From the NCBI GenBank assembly GCA_963675295.2, contig CAXXKJ010000002.1, forward strand, positions 256,001-320,000: a stretch of DNA of 64,000 nt, given 5' to 3'. The position numbers were made by a program, and so were the translations under genes. Below are positions 31,839 to 41,695 of the stretch, one piece after another. The first letter of the stretch is position 1, and every line of letters begins with the position of its first letter. The notes beneath the pieces are model-generated. The model was not told the DNA's origin, made no database searches, and saw only the letters and a list, made by a program, of their open reading frames with translations. Source of the DNA: a bacterium (GTDB taxonomy: Bacteria; Electryoneota; Electryoneia; Electryoneales; Electryoneaceae).

Positions 31839-31913
31839 CCTGGTGCCCGTGATTGACCGCCGGTCAGTTTCGGCGGCTATCGCGGCTCATCCGCTGATAC
31901 TCGGGGACACCTG
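31839..31913. repeat. 75-bp repeat (long-stem family R unit plus GGGGACACCTG), second copy of 28440-28515
   Basis: CCTGGTGCCCGTGATTGACCGCCG..TTTCGGCGGCTATCGCGG.TCATC.G..CTCGGGGACACCTG occurs in both places. Confidence 0.85.
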
Positions 31914-32162
31914 GGGTTCACGAACTGATTCAGAAACCACGGAATACACGGAATAAACGGAAGAAAGACAACGTCCACGAAAGACACGAAAACAAACGAA
32001 AAACTTCTTAATGCTAACAACAAAGGATAACGGCTTTAAACAGCATAATATTCATTTTAACTAATTTACTTTTTGTTTTAGCAACAGATTTCGTTTTTTT
32101 TTCGCGCTTTTCGTGGACAGAAGCGGTTTTCTGTTTCCGTTTATTCCGTGTATTCCGTGGTT
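31914..32162. mobile_element. AT-rich nested MITE-like element, copy B
   Basis: Same TIRs and length (31935-32162, 228 bp) as copy A with a handful of substitutions. Confidence 0.85.
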
Positions 32163-32168
32163 GCAGAC

Positions 32169-33407
32169 TTACATCCACCCTTCCCGTTTCCAGTAGTACA
32201 CCAGGCGGTCGGCGACGGCGCGGATGTCATGCGTGTTCGTGACCCAGGTACGTCCTTCCCGTCCCTTGACCGCACGGTAAGTCTCATCATCGACAAGACG
32301 GATCAATTCCTGCTCGAGCGTGTCGGCGGTGGCGTGGATGAACGGGTGATCCGGAACAAACGCCTGCATCTCCGGCCCCATCCGGGTGATGGTCGGAATG
32401 CCCATCGCCAGCGATTCGACACCGGACATGCCATACCCCCACCCGCCGGCGTCTGCGATCTGGTCAACGAAAATATCGCAGCTCGCCTTGAGCTGTTGCG
32501 CCTCAGCGTGCGGCAGGCTCTCGATCATCACCATCTCGACCGGATAGCCGCGCAGCCGCAGGTCGGTGACGATGTCGATGATTGTGTCCGACCCCTTGTT
32601 CGCCCGCACCCGCGCGGCGTGCCCGATACGAACCTGTTTGCCACCACGCGATGTGCCGTTCGTCTCGGGGTTGTGTCTATATGTGCCCGTGTCTGCTTGC
32701 AGACGCGGATCTGGACCAGTGGATAAACTCTCACCAGAAAATGATCCCGTCTCCGTTTGTGTTTGCCCCGACTTGCTTGCAAGTAGGGATGCACCGTCGC
32801 CGGCATACACCGGATCACTCAGATCCACGGGCAGGAACAGGTATTCGAGACGATCGTCGAGGTACAACAGGTCGACTTCGCTGGTCAGGCGCAGGCCCAG
32901 GTGCCTGTCGATTTGCGGCAGAATCCCCCGGTTGCGCATGTCGGACCCGTGGTAGAACGCCATCATCGGCTTGTTCATCGCGGCCCAGCGCTGGACCGTA
33001 CGTCCGTCCCGGAAGAACTCCGCTCCCTGATCGAGCCAGATAATGTCGGCATCGTCGAGGTTCAGCTGTTCGATGGCCGACTGGATCCGTGGCGCGAGCA
33101 CGTTATCGCGGACATCGAAGAAGGCTTGCACGGCAGGGTGCGGTGCCGGTTGGAACGGTGGCCGGGCGTCGATCGGTGCGTCGTCCGGTTCCGCGCCACG
33201 AAGGGCTTTGTAGGCGAGCGTGCGTGCCTTGATAAAGGCGTCGTTGCTCGGTTGCAAAGGCAGGTCGAGGCAGATGTCTTCGTCGAACCCGAACGGGCTG
33301 CGGAACAAGGTCACATAGCGGAACCGGTGCCCACGGCGGGCGAATTCACGTTTCCACAGCGACAGGGTGCCGGTGACATGGTAGGGCGCGACGCAGAGGA
33401 TGTTCAT
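32169..33407 (-). CDS. GT-B fold (GT4-like) glycosyltransferase with an in-frame repeat-derived insertion
   Basis: YHGSD.R, HA....KGS..I, DIFVDQ...GYGMSGVESLAMGIPTI; low-complexity insert at about aa 200-255. Confidence 0.8.
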   Translation of the reverse strand: MNILCVAPYHVTGTLSLWKREFARRGHRFRYVTLFRSPFGFDEDICLDLPLQPSNDAFIKARTLAYKALRGAEPDDAPIDARPPFQPAPHPAVQAFFDVRDNVLAPRIQSAIEQLNLDDADIIWLDQGAEFFRDGRTVQRWAAMNKPMMAFYHGSDMRNRGILPQIDRHLGLRLTSEVDLLYLDDRLEYLFLPVDLSDPVYAGDGASLLASKSGQTQTETGSFSGESLSTGPDPRLQADTGTYRHNPETNGTSRGGKQVRIGHAARVRANKGSDTIIDIVTDLRLRGYPVEMVMIESLPHAEAQQLKASCDIFVDQIADAGGWGYGMSGVESLAMGIPTITRMGPEMQAFVPDHPFIHATADTLEQELIRLVDDETYRAVKGREGRTWVTNTHDIRAVADRLVYYWKREGWM

Positions 33408-34339
33408 GCCGGACGGTTCTCCAGTTTGAGGTAGCCTGCAATGGGTGCGGACCGTGCCAGCCCCCCGCCATTCATCAGGGTCTGGCGGGTGTGGTCCTCG
33501 GAGGGTGTGCGAAGCACATCGACATCATCCAGCAATCCGACTCCGAACAGCGGGCGTGGTGTCGCGATGCCGGTCGCCACGGACGGCGGGGGTTCGGCTT
33601 CCCCCATGTCCAGCTCGCGCAATTCCATCGGGTTCACCCGTTTGCCCGGCCCGGCCCAGATCTCGACCCGTTTCCCCATCCGGCTCATCAACGCCGCCAG
33701 CGCGCCGGAACCGATTTTGTTGACGAAATGCGTGTTGTCGTAGGCGTCGCAGCCGAGGATCAGGGTGTCCAGCTTGCCGGAACGGGCGTAATCGGTGAGT
33801 TGCATGTCCGACACCAGCCACACCGACCAGCCGAGCCGTGCGAGAAACTCGGCCATCTTCTTCCCTTCTCCGCCGGGGAGGGATTCACCGACAAACGCAC
33901 GCGCGGGTTCGAGCCGTTTCGCCATCGCGCGAAAGCCGTTGGCGACGGTGGACGACCACGAGAAAAAGCCGAACCGTTCGCCGGGAAGGTCCAGCTTGAT
34001 CATGCGTTCGCGCAGCATCTGGTCGGCGGTGGTTTGCAGGTCCCGCATGTCGAGGACATTCTTCCGCATGCGGTTGACCCACGCGGTACGGTCATGCTCG
34101 GGATACGGATTGTCCAGCCAGTGGCATACTTCGGCGGTCAGGTTCAACACCGGCGCCATCGCCGGTTGGTTGAACCGGAGGGCGATCATGGCCGAGCGAA
34201 CCGGGTCCGCGTGAAAGTCGGCGGGTTTGTCGAAGGCGTCCAGCAGGCAATCCAAGGCGTCCACAATCAGTTCGGACGCACCTCGCTCGCGGTCGCGAGC
34301 GACCTCTTGCAGCCGATGCTGCCAGGATATCGTGGTCAC
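33404..34339 (-). CDS. eIF-2B/MtnA/ribose-1,5-bisphosphate isomerase superfamily protein
   Basis: RGASEL, QPAMAPVLNL, SWSSTV, ESLPGGEG, LGCDA, NKIGS. Confidence 0.75.
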   Translation of the reverse strand: MTTISWQHRLQEVARDRERGASELIVDALDCLLDAFDKPADFHADPVRSAMIALRFNQPAMAPVLNLTAEVCHWLDNPYPEHDRTAWVNRMRKNVLDMRDLQTTADQMLRERMIKLDLPGERFGFFSWSSTVANGFRAMAKRLEPARAFVGESLPGGEGKKMAEFLARLGWSVWLVSDMQLTDYARSGKLDTLILGCDAYDNTHFVNKIGSGALAALMSRMGKRVEIWAGPGKRVNPMELRELDMGEAEPPPSVATGIATPRPLFGVGLLDDVDVLRTPSEDHTRQTLMNGGGLARSAPIAGYLKLENRPA

Positions 34340-34341
34340 GG

Positions 34342-34575
34342 TCAGTCGTTGCTCTGAAAAATGCTCTGCATGTTGAATTCAAAGTACTCCGGCATGCAAA
34401 ACTGGCAGCCGTGGTACCCATCCCGGGCGTTCATCGGGTCGTCAAGGAAACGATCAACACCGCCCTTGGTGTAAATCTTCTTCCGCCGTTCCTTGTCGAT
34501 CTTGCCGATGTGGCATTCATACGCGGGCTTGGACATGTCATGCACGACTTTTTTGTCGAGATCGACAATCCACAT
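34342..34575 (-). CDS. Small putative metal-binding protein (H-x8-C ... GYxGCxxC)
   Basis: GAAGGAG RBS before ATG 34575; 77 aa; VHD...EC...GYHGCQFC resembles Ada-type Zn sites. Confidence 0.7.
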   Translation of the reverse strand: MWIVDLDKKVVHDMSKPAYECHIGKIDKERRKKIYTKGGVDRFLDDPMNARDGYHGCQFCMPEYFEFNMQSIFQSND

Positions 34576-34696
34576 GGGACGCTCCTTCAGCAGGCTTGAC
34601 GTTTCCCGGAATATCGGGTCCGTGTCCAGACGCTGCAAGCGACCAGACGAAAATGTCCACGCTCGGGCGAGAGGTTGGGGTGCCGTCGTCTTGTCC

Positions 34697-34834
34697 ATGC
34701 CCCAGACATTCATGTCTGGGCTCATCCGCATGTATCAGGATGGATGGGTAGCTTGAGTCATCCTGCGATTCAGGTATCCCATTCCGAGGGCAGGGCCGTG
34801 TGCCCCGACCGCAGAAGAGCTGGTCGGGATTACC
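34697..34834. repeat. Two family R hairpins
   Basis: ATGCCCCAGACATTCATGTCTGGGCTCATCCGC (34697) and GTGCCCCGACC...GGTCGGGATTACC (34800). Confidence 0.75.
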
Positions 34835-35003
34835 TGACCTTGAATCACATGGCTGATGATGTGTTACCCATGCTCCAAGTACATACATGATGACAACACG
34901 GGCTATCCTCATCCTCTCATGAACCCTCCCCGTCTCGAATTTCGTCACTCGAATCACGCCGGGCCGCCACTCGGTGTGGGTTCTGTCCCTTACCTTCCGT
35001 GTC

Positions 35004-38000
35004 ATGGGAACAATGGAGCGATGGACAGGTTTGCCGGGATCGGGGCGATTCCCCGCAGCCGTGGAACACGCAGTGTCAGCCGCCCGCGCTGGTCGCGCGG
35101 TGTGGTGGATTGTGGACGGCCGCCGTCAGGGGGAAAGGGTCGAGGACGGCTTGTTGGATTCCTGCCCCGATGGGATCGCCGGGGTGGAAGTGGTGACCGT
35201 CAACCGGCTCGCCCAGAGACTGCTGGAGGACGCCGGTACGCCGTTGAACCCGGTCTCGCCGACGCTGCGGGAATTGATCTTCCGGTCGCTGGTTGGCGAA
35301 CGCGACTTCGCCGCCCGCTGGACACCGCCAGACAGCGCGGGGTGGGTGCGGAAAGCGTCGCAACTGTTCGAGCGCACGCACGCCTCCGGCCCGGATAGCC
35401 TCAGCCGTGACCAACTGCGGGCACGCTTCCCGTGGATGCCGGCGTTGTATCAAGCGTACGACCGTTGGTTGGACACCACACAGCGCCAGGATGAGGCCGC
35501 ACTTCCGGGGATGGCGTTACGGCTGCTCGAGGACATTCCCACCACCCTGCCCGGACTGCTGATCGTCGACCGGCTCGCGCCCTTGTCACACCGTCTCGAA
35601 CATCTTCTCGGCACCCTCGCGGGAAAGGTGGACGAAGTGATCCGTCTCGTGGATCACGCGGATAGTGTGTTTGCCGTCGCACCCGAAGATCCGGATCGCG
35701 ATGCGTTGTGGCCGTCCGCGACGACGACCCGGCCCTTCTCCAGCTCCGCCGCCAATCTGGCGTTCGCGCGGGAGCTGTTCACGGTTCGCGCCGCGCCGGA
35801 CGACGATGACACCGGACCGACTCGCATTCCTCCACCTCATGACGCGGCGCTGTGGTTCCATCCGGACCCGGCCGCCGAGGTGCGGATGGTGCTCAGGGAT
35901 GCTGCATACTGGGTGCATGAGACTCCGGTTGACGAATCGGATATCGCGATCGTCTGCGCCGACCTGAATGGCACACTTCCCCGTCTTCGTGAGCTGGCGG
36001 AGTCGTATGGATTGCGGCTGGACGCGTCCCGCAGTTGGCTGTTGATCGCCCGTCCGCTGGCGGTGCTGGTTCTCGACCTGTTGGCGCTGCGCACGGCCGG
36101 ATTGCAACGTAACCGTTTGACTTCGTTGTTGCTTAACCCGCTCGTGAAGTACAAAAAACACCTCGGCTCACGCGAAAATGTGTTGCTGTTGGACACAGCG
36201 GCGAAGGACGCAGGGGTGCGTGGCGGGCACGGCACATTCGAGCGTGAGTGGGCGGCTCCGTTACAACGGGTGATCGAGTTGAAGCGCCGGCCAAGACGCC
36301 TCCCGGACGATCCCGAGGAGGGCGCCCGAGTCCGTGATGCTGCCCAACGGGAAGCTAGCCGGTTGGCCGCCAGCCTCGACGAGCTTCGTGATCTGGTCAA
36401 CCTGATCCACGGTCTCCCGGACAATTGCAGCGCGGCCGAGTTGCGCGAGTGGATGGATACCCTGTTCTCCGCGCTGGACGTTGATTCACGACTGCACACC
36501 GTGCTCCGCTCCGGCGGCGACTTAGACGAACGTTTGACCCTCGGCCGGATCAACGTATTGTTCGCCAACCTCGCGCAGATGGCTCCGGGCGAGCAGCGAC
36601 GTCCGCTGGCGCGCTGGGTCGAACTGGTCCGGCAGGGCATGCAACGGATGACGGTCAGCGAGCCGCAACGCATCCGTGCCGGCATCCCCGTGCTCGCACC
36701 GGGCGATCTGCGCGGCTTGCGGGTAAAGGTGCTTTATTTACTGGGAATGACCGACGAACAGTGGCCCGTAAAGCCGGACACTGACCTGCTTGATCCCCTT
36801 TCCAGCGCCCAGGGTGTGCAATCCCTGGCTGACGCTCGCGCGTTGACCCTCGAAGCCTTTCTCGCGGCGGAATACGCACGTATATCCTGTCCGTGCCCGT
36901 TGGACGATGAACACGACCAGTCGCCGTCCCCGTTGCTGCAGGAGATTGTGCGTGCCGATGAAACGCTGATCGACCCGTTGCATCACCAGGCGGAACCGGA
37001 CGAGTTTCGCGGGCTGATTGATCTGCTTCCCGCGTTGGGGCAGGATCTGACTCAACAGGACGAGACCCGTGCAGCGATTGCGGAACGCCGGTTGGCGACC
37101 GCGGCGTCGCAGGTGGATGAACGTCCGTTGCGCGCGGCATGGCACGGCATCCGTGTTGAAGCCTTACGGCAGAATCCGGAAACGTTAACCAGGTACGAAG
37201 GCATGCTGACTGGAACGCCGGTCGGTGAACAGCTTGCCGCCGCCATCGCGGACGAAAATGTCAGCCCGACACGGCTCGATACCTTTGCCCAGTGCCCGAT
37301 GAAGTTCTTCCACAACTACGTGCTGAGGGTGCAGGAGCTGCGTGAACTGGAAGACGAGATCGACGCGCTGACCCTGGGCAGCCTCGTGCACGACATCCTC
37401 GCGCGTACAGTGCAGGAGTTACGCAAGATCCGTGGGGAGCGCTATATCGACCTCGGCGAGAATCAGGACGAAACCGCGCGGGTGATGCACGAGATCGGTA
37501 GGGCTCTGATTGAGGAGCAGCGGCTACCGTCCGTGTACTGGGATTTGCTTCGCGATGATTTGCTCAGCGGGTTGGCTGATGATAGGCGAAACGGTCGTTT
37601 GAAACAAGCGTTAGACAAAGAATTGCTATCATCCGCTCGGTCACCCGTTCAAGGCGAGCGGATCGCGTACATCGAGGCTGGGTTTGGCCTGGATTCAGAA
37701 GAAGGTCACGATGTCTTGCTGGAAGAACCGTTGCGGCTCGAGCGGGACAGTGAAACGGTCGAGTTTCGCGGACGGATTGACCGCATCGGCCTGCATCCGG
37801 ACAAGGGTTGGCGTGTATGGGATTACAAGACGGGTAGTACGACGCCCGCCTCGCCAAGTGACATGGAATTGGGATTGAAATTTCAACTTCCTGTGTATTT
37901 GTGGGTGTTACACAAGGCGATCGAAGATGGAGCGGTTGCCGATGTGGCGGACATCAATCTCGCCGGATACTACAAACTTACACGCGATGCTGTCGCATTT

Positions 38001-38294
38001 GGCGGCAAAACAAACTGGCAAGCTTTCAGCAAATTCTCAGACGATTTGCTGGCACGGGTATTCGAACTGCGACGAGCCATCCGTGTGGGACGTTTTCATC
38101 ACCCGCTAAGCCAGGACAACAGGCTGTGTAGCGATAGCGATGAATCCAATTTCTGTCCATTTCGTTTTGCTTGCCGCCGTGAACATTTCCTGTTCCGGCA
38201 ACGCGCCAAACGGCTGAATTGTGATGCTCTCAACGACGCTTACCTTTTTGATTTTCAACCAGATCTGATGGCAAAGCGGGAGGGTGACGCATGA
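35004..38294 (+). CDS. addB: AddB-like subunit: inactive helicase plus PD-(D/E)XK nuclease with Fe-S cysteines
   Basis: Degenerate P-loop GLPGSGR; QCPMKFF, GSLVH, GRIDR, DYKTG, QLPVY, C...CPF..C; ATGA-coupled to addA. Start 35004 or 35013. Confidence 0.8.
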   Translation: MGTMERWTGLPGSGRFPAAVEHAVSAARAGRAVWWIVDGRRQGERVEDGLLDSCPDGIAGVEVVTVNRLAQRLLEDAGTPLNPVSPTLRELIFRSLVGERDFAARWTPPDSAGWVRKASQLFERTHASGPDSLSRDQLRARFPWMPALYQAYDRWLDTTQRQDEAALPGMALRLLEDIPTTLPGLLIVDRLAPLSHRLEHLLGTLAGKVDEVIRLVDHADSVFAVAPEDPDRDALWPSATTTRPFSSSAANLAFARELFTVRAAPDDDDTGPTRIPPPHDAALWFHPDPAAEVRMVLRDAAYWVHETPVDESDIAIVCADLNGTLPRLRELAESYGLRLDASRSWLLIARPLAVLVLDLLALRTAGLQRNRLTSLLLNPLVKYKKHLGSRENVLLLDTAAKDAGVRGGHGTFEREWAAPLQRVIELKRRPRRLPDDPEEGARVRDAAQREASRLAASLDELRDLVNLIHGLPDNCSAAELREWMDTLFSALDVDSRLHTVLRSGGDLDERLTLGRINVLFANLAQMAPGEQRRPLARWVELVRQGMQRMTVSEPQRIRAGIPVLAPGDLRGLRVKVLYLLGMTDEQWPVKPDTDLLDPLSSAQGVQSLADARALTLEAFLAAEYARISCPCPLDDEHDQSPSPLLQEIVRADETLIDPLHHQAEPDEFRGLIDLLPALGQDLTQQDETRAAIAERRLATAASQVDERPLRAAWHGIRVEALRQNPETLTRYEGMLTGTPVGEQLAAAIADENVSPTRLDTFAQCPMKFFHNYVLRVQELRELEDEIDALTLGSLVHDILARTVQELRKIRGERYIDLGENQDETARVMHEIGRALIEEQRLPSVYWDLLRDDLLSGLADDRRNGRLKQALDKELLSSARSPVQGERIAYIEAGFGLDSEEGHDVLLEEPLRLERDSETVEFRGRIDRIGLHPDKGWRVWDYKTGSTTPASPSDMELGLKFQLPVYLWVLHKAIEDGAVADVADINLAGYYKLTRDAVAFGGKTNWQAFSKFSDDLLARVFELRRAIRVGRFHHPLSQDNRLCSDSDESNFCPFRFACRREHFLFRQRAKRLNCDALNDAYLFDFQPDLMAKREGDA

Positions 38295-41200
38295 GCAAGC
38301 CGATCACCTTCCGTCCCGCGCAGCTGCGGGCGCTCGATCTAAAATGTGGCAAGCTGGTTGTTGCCGGAGCGGGCTCGGGCAAGACGACGGTCCTGGCGGA
38401 ACGCTATGTCCGCCTGCTCGAATCCGGCCTGCGTCCCGGCGAGATCGTCGCGATGACGTTCACCCGCAAGGCGGCGTCCTCGTTACGCTCCAAGGTGTAT
38501 GCCAACTTGCTGACACGCGAACAGCGGCAATCCGGAAACGCGCGATTCTGGCGGGAGTTACGCGACGAGATGCAGGCGGCGCACATCAGCACGATTCACT
38601 CGTTCTGCAGCAGCCTGCTGCGCGCATATCCCGCCGAGGCGGGGATCGATCCAGAGGCGTCCGTCGGACCCCGCGCGACGTTGATCCGCCAGCAAACGCT
38701 CCGTGATCACTTGCAAAGGCTGGCGTATCGTCGGGACGACGACCTGCGCGCTCTGCTGGCCGTGTTCAGTGCGGAACGGCAGAAGCACACCGAAGCTGTG
38801 TGCAACCTGGTGCTGCAGAATCCGCCGTTGCTTCGTGCGATCGAACGTGCAGAGCAGGACCCGGACGTCGCGAACGCGTACCTGACCGCACAGGCGAAAC
38901 GGCTGCGGGATCTGTTCACTGAGGAAGACAAACCCAAGCCGCTGCACCCGGATCATCGTGAGTTTATCGATGCGTTGATCGCGGCGAAACGTGTGGTTGC
39001 GCCGTTGTTGCAGGACGCCGCCGAACCACGGATGGCGCTCAGCTTCGACGATCTCGAGCATCTGACGTACGCCTTCCTCGCGGGCAACAGCTGGGCGGCG
39101 AAACAAGTACGGCAGTCGATACGCGCGTTGCTGGTTGACGAATTCCAGGACACCTCGACGCTGCAATGGCAGATTATACGTGAACTTGCCCGGGATGAGG
39201 CGGGTACGCTTGACGCGAACAAACTGTTCCTCGTCGGGGATGAAAAGCAGTCGATCTACTCGTTCCGTGACGCGAATGTGACCGTGGTGCACCAGGCGCG
39301 GTCGGAGCTATGCGGGGACGACGGCACAATGGAACTGGTGCCGCTGGTGGAGAATTTCCGCACCCGTCCGTCGCTGATGCGCACTTTGAACCCGATTCTC
39401 GACCGCTTGTTGCGGAACACCGAGCATTCGGACGCATCCTTTGTCGCGCAACCGCAAGAATTGGCGGCGGGGCGTGAGAATGAAGGGCCTGGCCAGTTGG
39501 ACACGGTATTTGTGTTGGACGAAGGCGCAGACGGTCCATCACGGTACATCGCCGACTGGATTCGACGTCACGGGACGGTTAAATCCGAGTCGAGCCTGTC
39601 GGGAGGGGCGGATGAGGGGTCCGAACCGAGAAATTCTGCTATTCCGGACCCAGAGAAAGAGATATACGCATATCACGATATTGCGATCCTCATGAAAACC
39701 CGCACGATTCTACCCTCCCTGGAGCTGCAATTGCAGCTGGCCGGTATCCCGTATTCGGTTCATGGCGGCGTCGGCTTTTTCGCTCGTCAGGAAGTGCTGG
39801 ATTTGATCAACCTCGTGTCGGCATTCGCTGATCCTCGGGATGAGCTGGCGCGGGTGGCGGTGCTGCGTGGACCGTTGTTCGCGTTGTCGGACGTGGCCGT
39901 GGCGGCGCTGTTCGACACCCGGTTGCAGCCTCGAAATGCCTGGCGTGATTGGTTAGATGGCAAGGGTGGCGACGACCTGCTGGTGACGCAGCTGGACGCC
40001 GAGGATCGCGAAGCGTTGGCAAGGGCTCGACTGTTGTGGCGCGAGTTGCATACCACGGCTGGCCGCATGGACCCGGTCGCGTGGATCCGGCGCGCTCTGG
40101 ACCGTAGCGGGGCATGGGGCAGCTACGCCGTCGGACGGCGTGGCCGGCAGGCGTTGGCGAACATTGGCAAGTTTCTGGACTATCTCGGCGAGATTGTGTC
40201 CGAGCAGGGACCGGGACTGCGGGATTTGTCGGAGCGTTTGCGGGTTGAGCTTGATAATGCGGAACAGGAAAACGCGTCCGAGGCGGATGTCGCGGCGGGC
40301 CACGGGGTTCGCATCCTCACCATACACTCTGCCAAGGGGTTGGAATTTCCCGTGGTGATCCTCGCCTTGCCCTCCACAAAACCAACCAGGAAGCCCAAGC
40401 TGAACGGTGGCAACCTGTTGGCGGAGGACGGTGACTATCGTCCGTTGACCGACCCGAAGCTGTACAATCTGGCGAAGGGCGCGAGCGCGGATGTTGCCAG
40501 CACGGTGCACGGCGTGATGTATAATCTCAGCGCACCGGCGGAGGAGCACGCGGAACACCTGCGCTTGCTGTATGTCGCGGCGACGCGTGCACGCGACCGC
40601 TTGCTTGTGGTGACCCGGAACGCGAAGAAAAAAAACGGCGACCTCGAGATCCCGGAGAACTCCTCTACGGAATTGTGGCTGAAAGCGTGCGGCGTAAAAC
40701 CAGAGGATCTGCTGGAGCGATGTATTGCGGCGGCACCGGACACAACTGCCGAACAGGTCGCTGACGAGCATCTGGAATTTCCCACCGGCATGCGGTTGAG
40801 CTGGGTGCCGGTGTCCGCACTGCCCGAGCATGACGATCAGGAAATCCCGCGCGAGTTGGCCCCCCAACCGGAATTCGCGGCTGACGCCGACGATCCGCAG
40901 GTGAAGTTGCGCGGACCGCGTGAGACGGTTCAGCTGCAGGTCCCGTTGGAGAAATTCGCGGCCTGGTTTGTGAAGCCGACGCGTGAACACTTGGACGAGT
41001 TGCTGCATCTGGGTGGGGCGGAGGTTGAGTCCGCGAACCTCGAAAATGACCGTACGCCTGGGTATGAAACCGTCGAATCCCGGCCTGAATCGGACGAAAC
41101 CCAGCCTGTCAACCCCGATCTGCCACGGTTGAGCGGCACGTTGTTGCACCGCACGGTACAGCGGTTCGGTCCGGGCGCGGCGTGGGACGAGGTGCGGGAC

Positions 41201-41695
41201 TGGGTGACGGCCACGGCGTCGTCAATGACGGCGGACCCGGAGCTGCGTGACGCTCTGCTTGCACGGGCGCGTGAACTGGTAACAGCGGGCGCGGCGCACA
41301 GTTGGGGAAATGCGGCTACCGCCAAACGTGAGCTGCCGGTGTTGCTGCGGCTGGGTGCGGTGTCGTTGCGGGGACGGATCGATCTCGGGTGGGTGGAAGG
41401 CGATACGGCGGTGGCGCTGGACCTTAAGACGAACGATATCGACGCCGCATCGGTCAACGAAACCATTGAGCGGCATGGCTATCAGCACCAGGCGAAGCTG
41501 TACGCCATGGCATTGGCGGCATCCGCGGGCTTCAGCCGGGCGGAGGGGCGACTGCTGTTTCTACCTGCGGGGATTGAGAAGTCGTTCCCGGTGACCGTCG
41601 AAGACCGTCGTGAATACGAAGCCCGGGCGGCTGAATTGGTGAGGATTGCTAAGGAATTTCACACCTCTGCATATACGAGGGAGAGCATATCATGA
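38291..41695 (+). CDS. addA: AddA-like UvrD helicase-nuclease
   Basis: AGAGSGKT, DEFQDT, GDEKQSIYSFR, TIHSAKGLEF, LYVAATRARD; C-terminal GRID...DLKT...Q..LY nuclease. Confidence 0.88.
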   Translation: MSKPITFRPAQLRALDLKCGKLVVAGAGSGKTTVLAERYVRLLESGLRPGEIVAMTFTRKAASSLRSKVYANLLTREQRQSGNARFWRELRDEMQAAHISTIHSFCSSLLRAYPAEAGIDPEASVGPRATLIRQQTLRDHLQRLAYRRDDDLRALLAVFSAERQKHTEAVCNLVLQNPPLLRAIERAEQDPDVANAYLTAQAKRLRDLFTEEDKPKPLHPDHREFIDALIAAKRVVAPLLQDAAEPRMALSFDDLEHLTYAFLAGNSWAAKQVRQSIRALLVDEFQDTSTLQWQIIRELARDEAGTLDANKLFLVGDEKQSIYSFRDANVTVVHQARSELCGDDGTMELVPLVENFRTRPSLMRTLNPILDRLLRNTEHSDASFVAQPQELAAGRENEGPGQLDTVFVLDEGADGPSRYIADWIRRHGTVKSESSLSGGADEGSEPRNSAIPDPEKEIYAYHDIAILMKTRTILPSLELQLQLAGIPYSVHGGVGFFARQEVLDLINLVSAFADPRDELARVAVLRGPLFALSDVAVAALFDTRLQPRNAWRDWLDGKGGDDLLVTQLDAEDREALARARLLWRELHTTAGRMDPVAWIRRALDRSGAWGSYAVGRRGRQALANIGKFLDYLGEIVSEQGPGLRDLSERLRVELDNAEQENASEADVAAGHGVRILTIHSAKGLEFPVVILALPSTKPTRKPKLNGGNLLAEDGDYRPLTDPKLYNLAKGASADVASTVHGVMYNLSAPAEEHAEHLRLLYVAATRARDRLLVVTRNAKKKNGDLEIPENSSTELWLKACGVKPEDLLERCIAAAPDTTAEQVADEHLEFPTGMRLSWVPVSALPEHDDQEIPRELAPQPEFAADADDPQVKLRGPRETVQLQVPLEKFAAWFVKPTREHLDELLHLGGAEVESANLENDRTPGYETVESRPESDETQPVNPDLPRLSGTLLHRTVQRFGPGAAWDEVRDWVTATASSMTADPELRDALLARARELVTAGAAHSWGNAATAKRELPVLLRLGAVSLRGRIDLGWVEGDTAVALDLKTNDIDAASVNETIERHGYQHQAKLYAMALAASAGFSRAEGRLLFLPAGIEKSFPVTVEDRREYEARAAELVRIAKEFHTSAYTRESIS

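Noticed and set aside
28440-31913. Integron cassette array with attC sites
   Set aside because: The repeats lack RYYYAAC/GTTRRRY ends, are not one per gene, and no integrase is present.
34342-34731. 129-aa ORF as given, and similar ORFs containing PQTFMSG/PDMNVWG peptides
   Set aside because: These peptides are translations of the family R hairpin; the real gene starts at 34575 after an RBS.
39575-39665. Possible repeat-derived insert in AddA (GGGTCCG...CGGACCC stem)
   Set aside because: The stem is short and does not match the repeat families; it may be an ordinary variable loop.
34974-41695. Novel helicase-nuclease defence system or Cas4
   Set aside because: Size, order and motifs match housekeeping AddAB.
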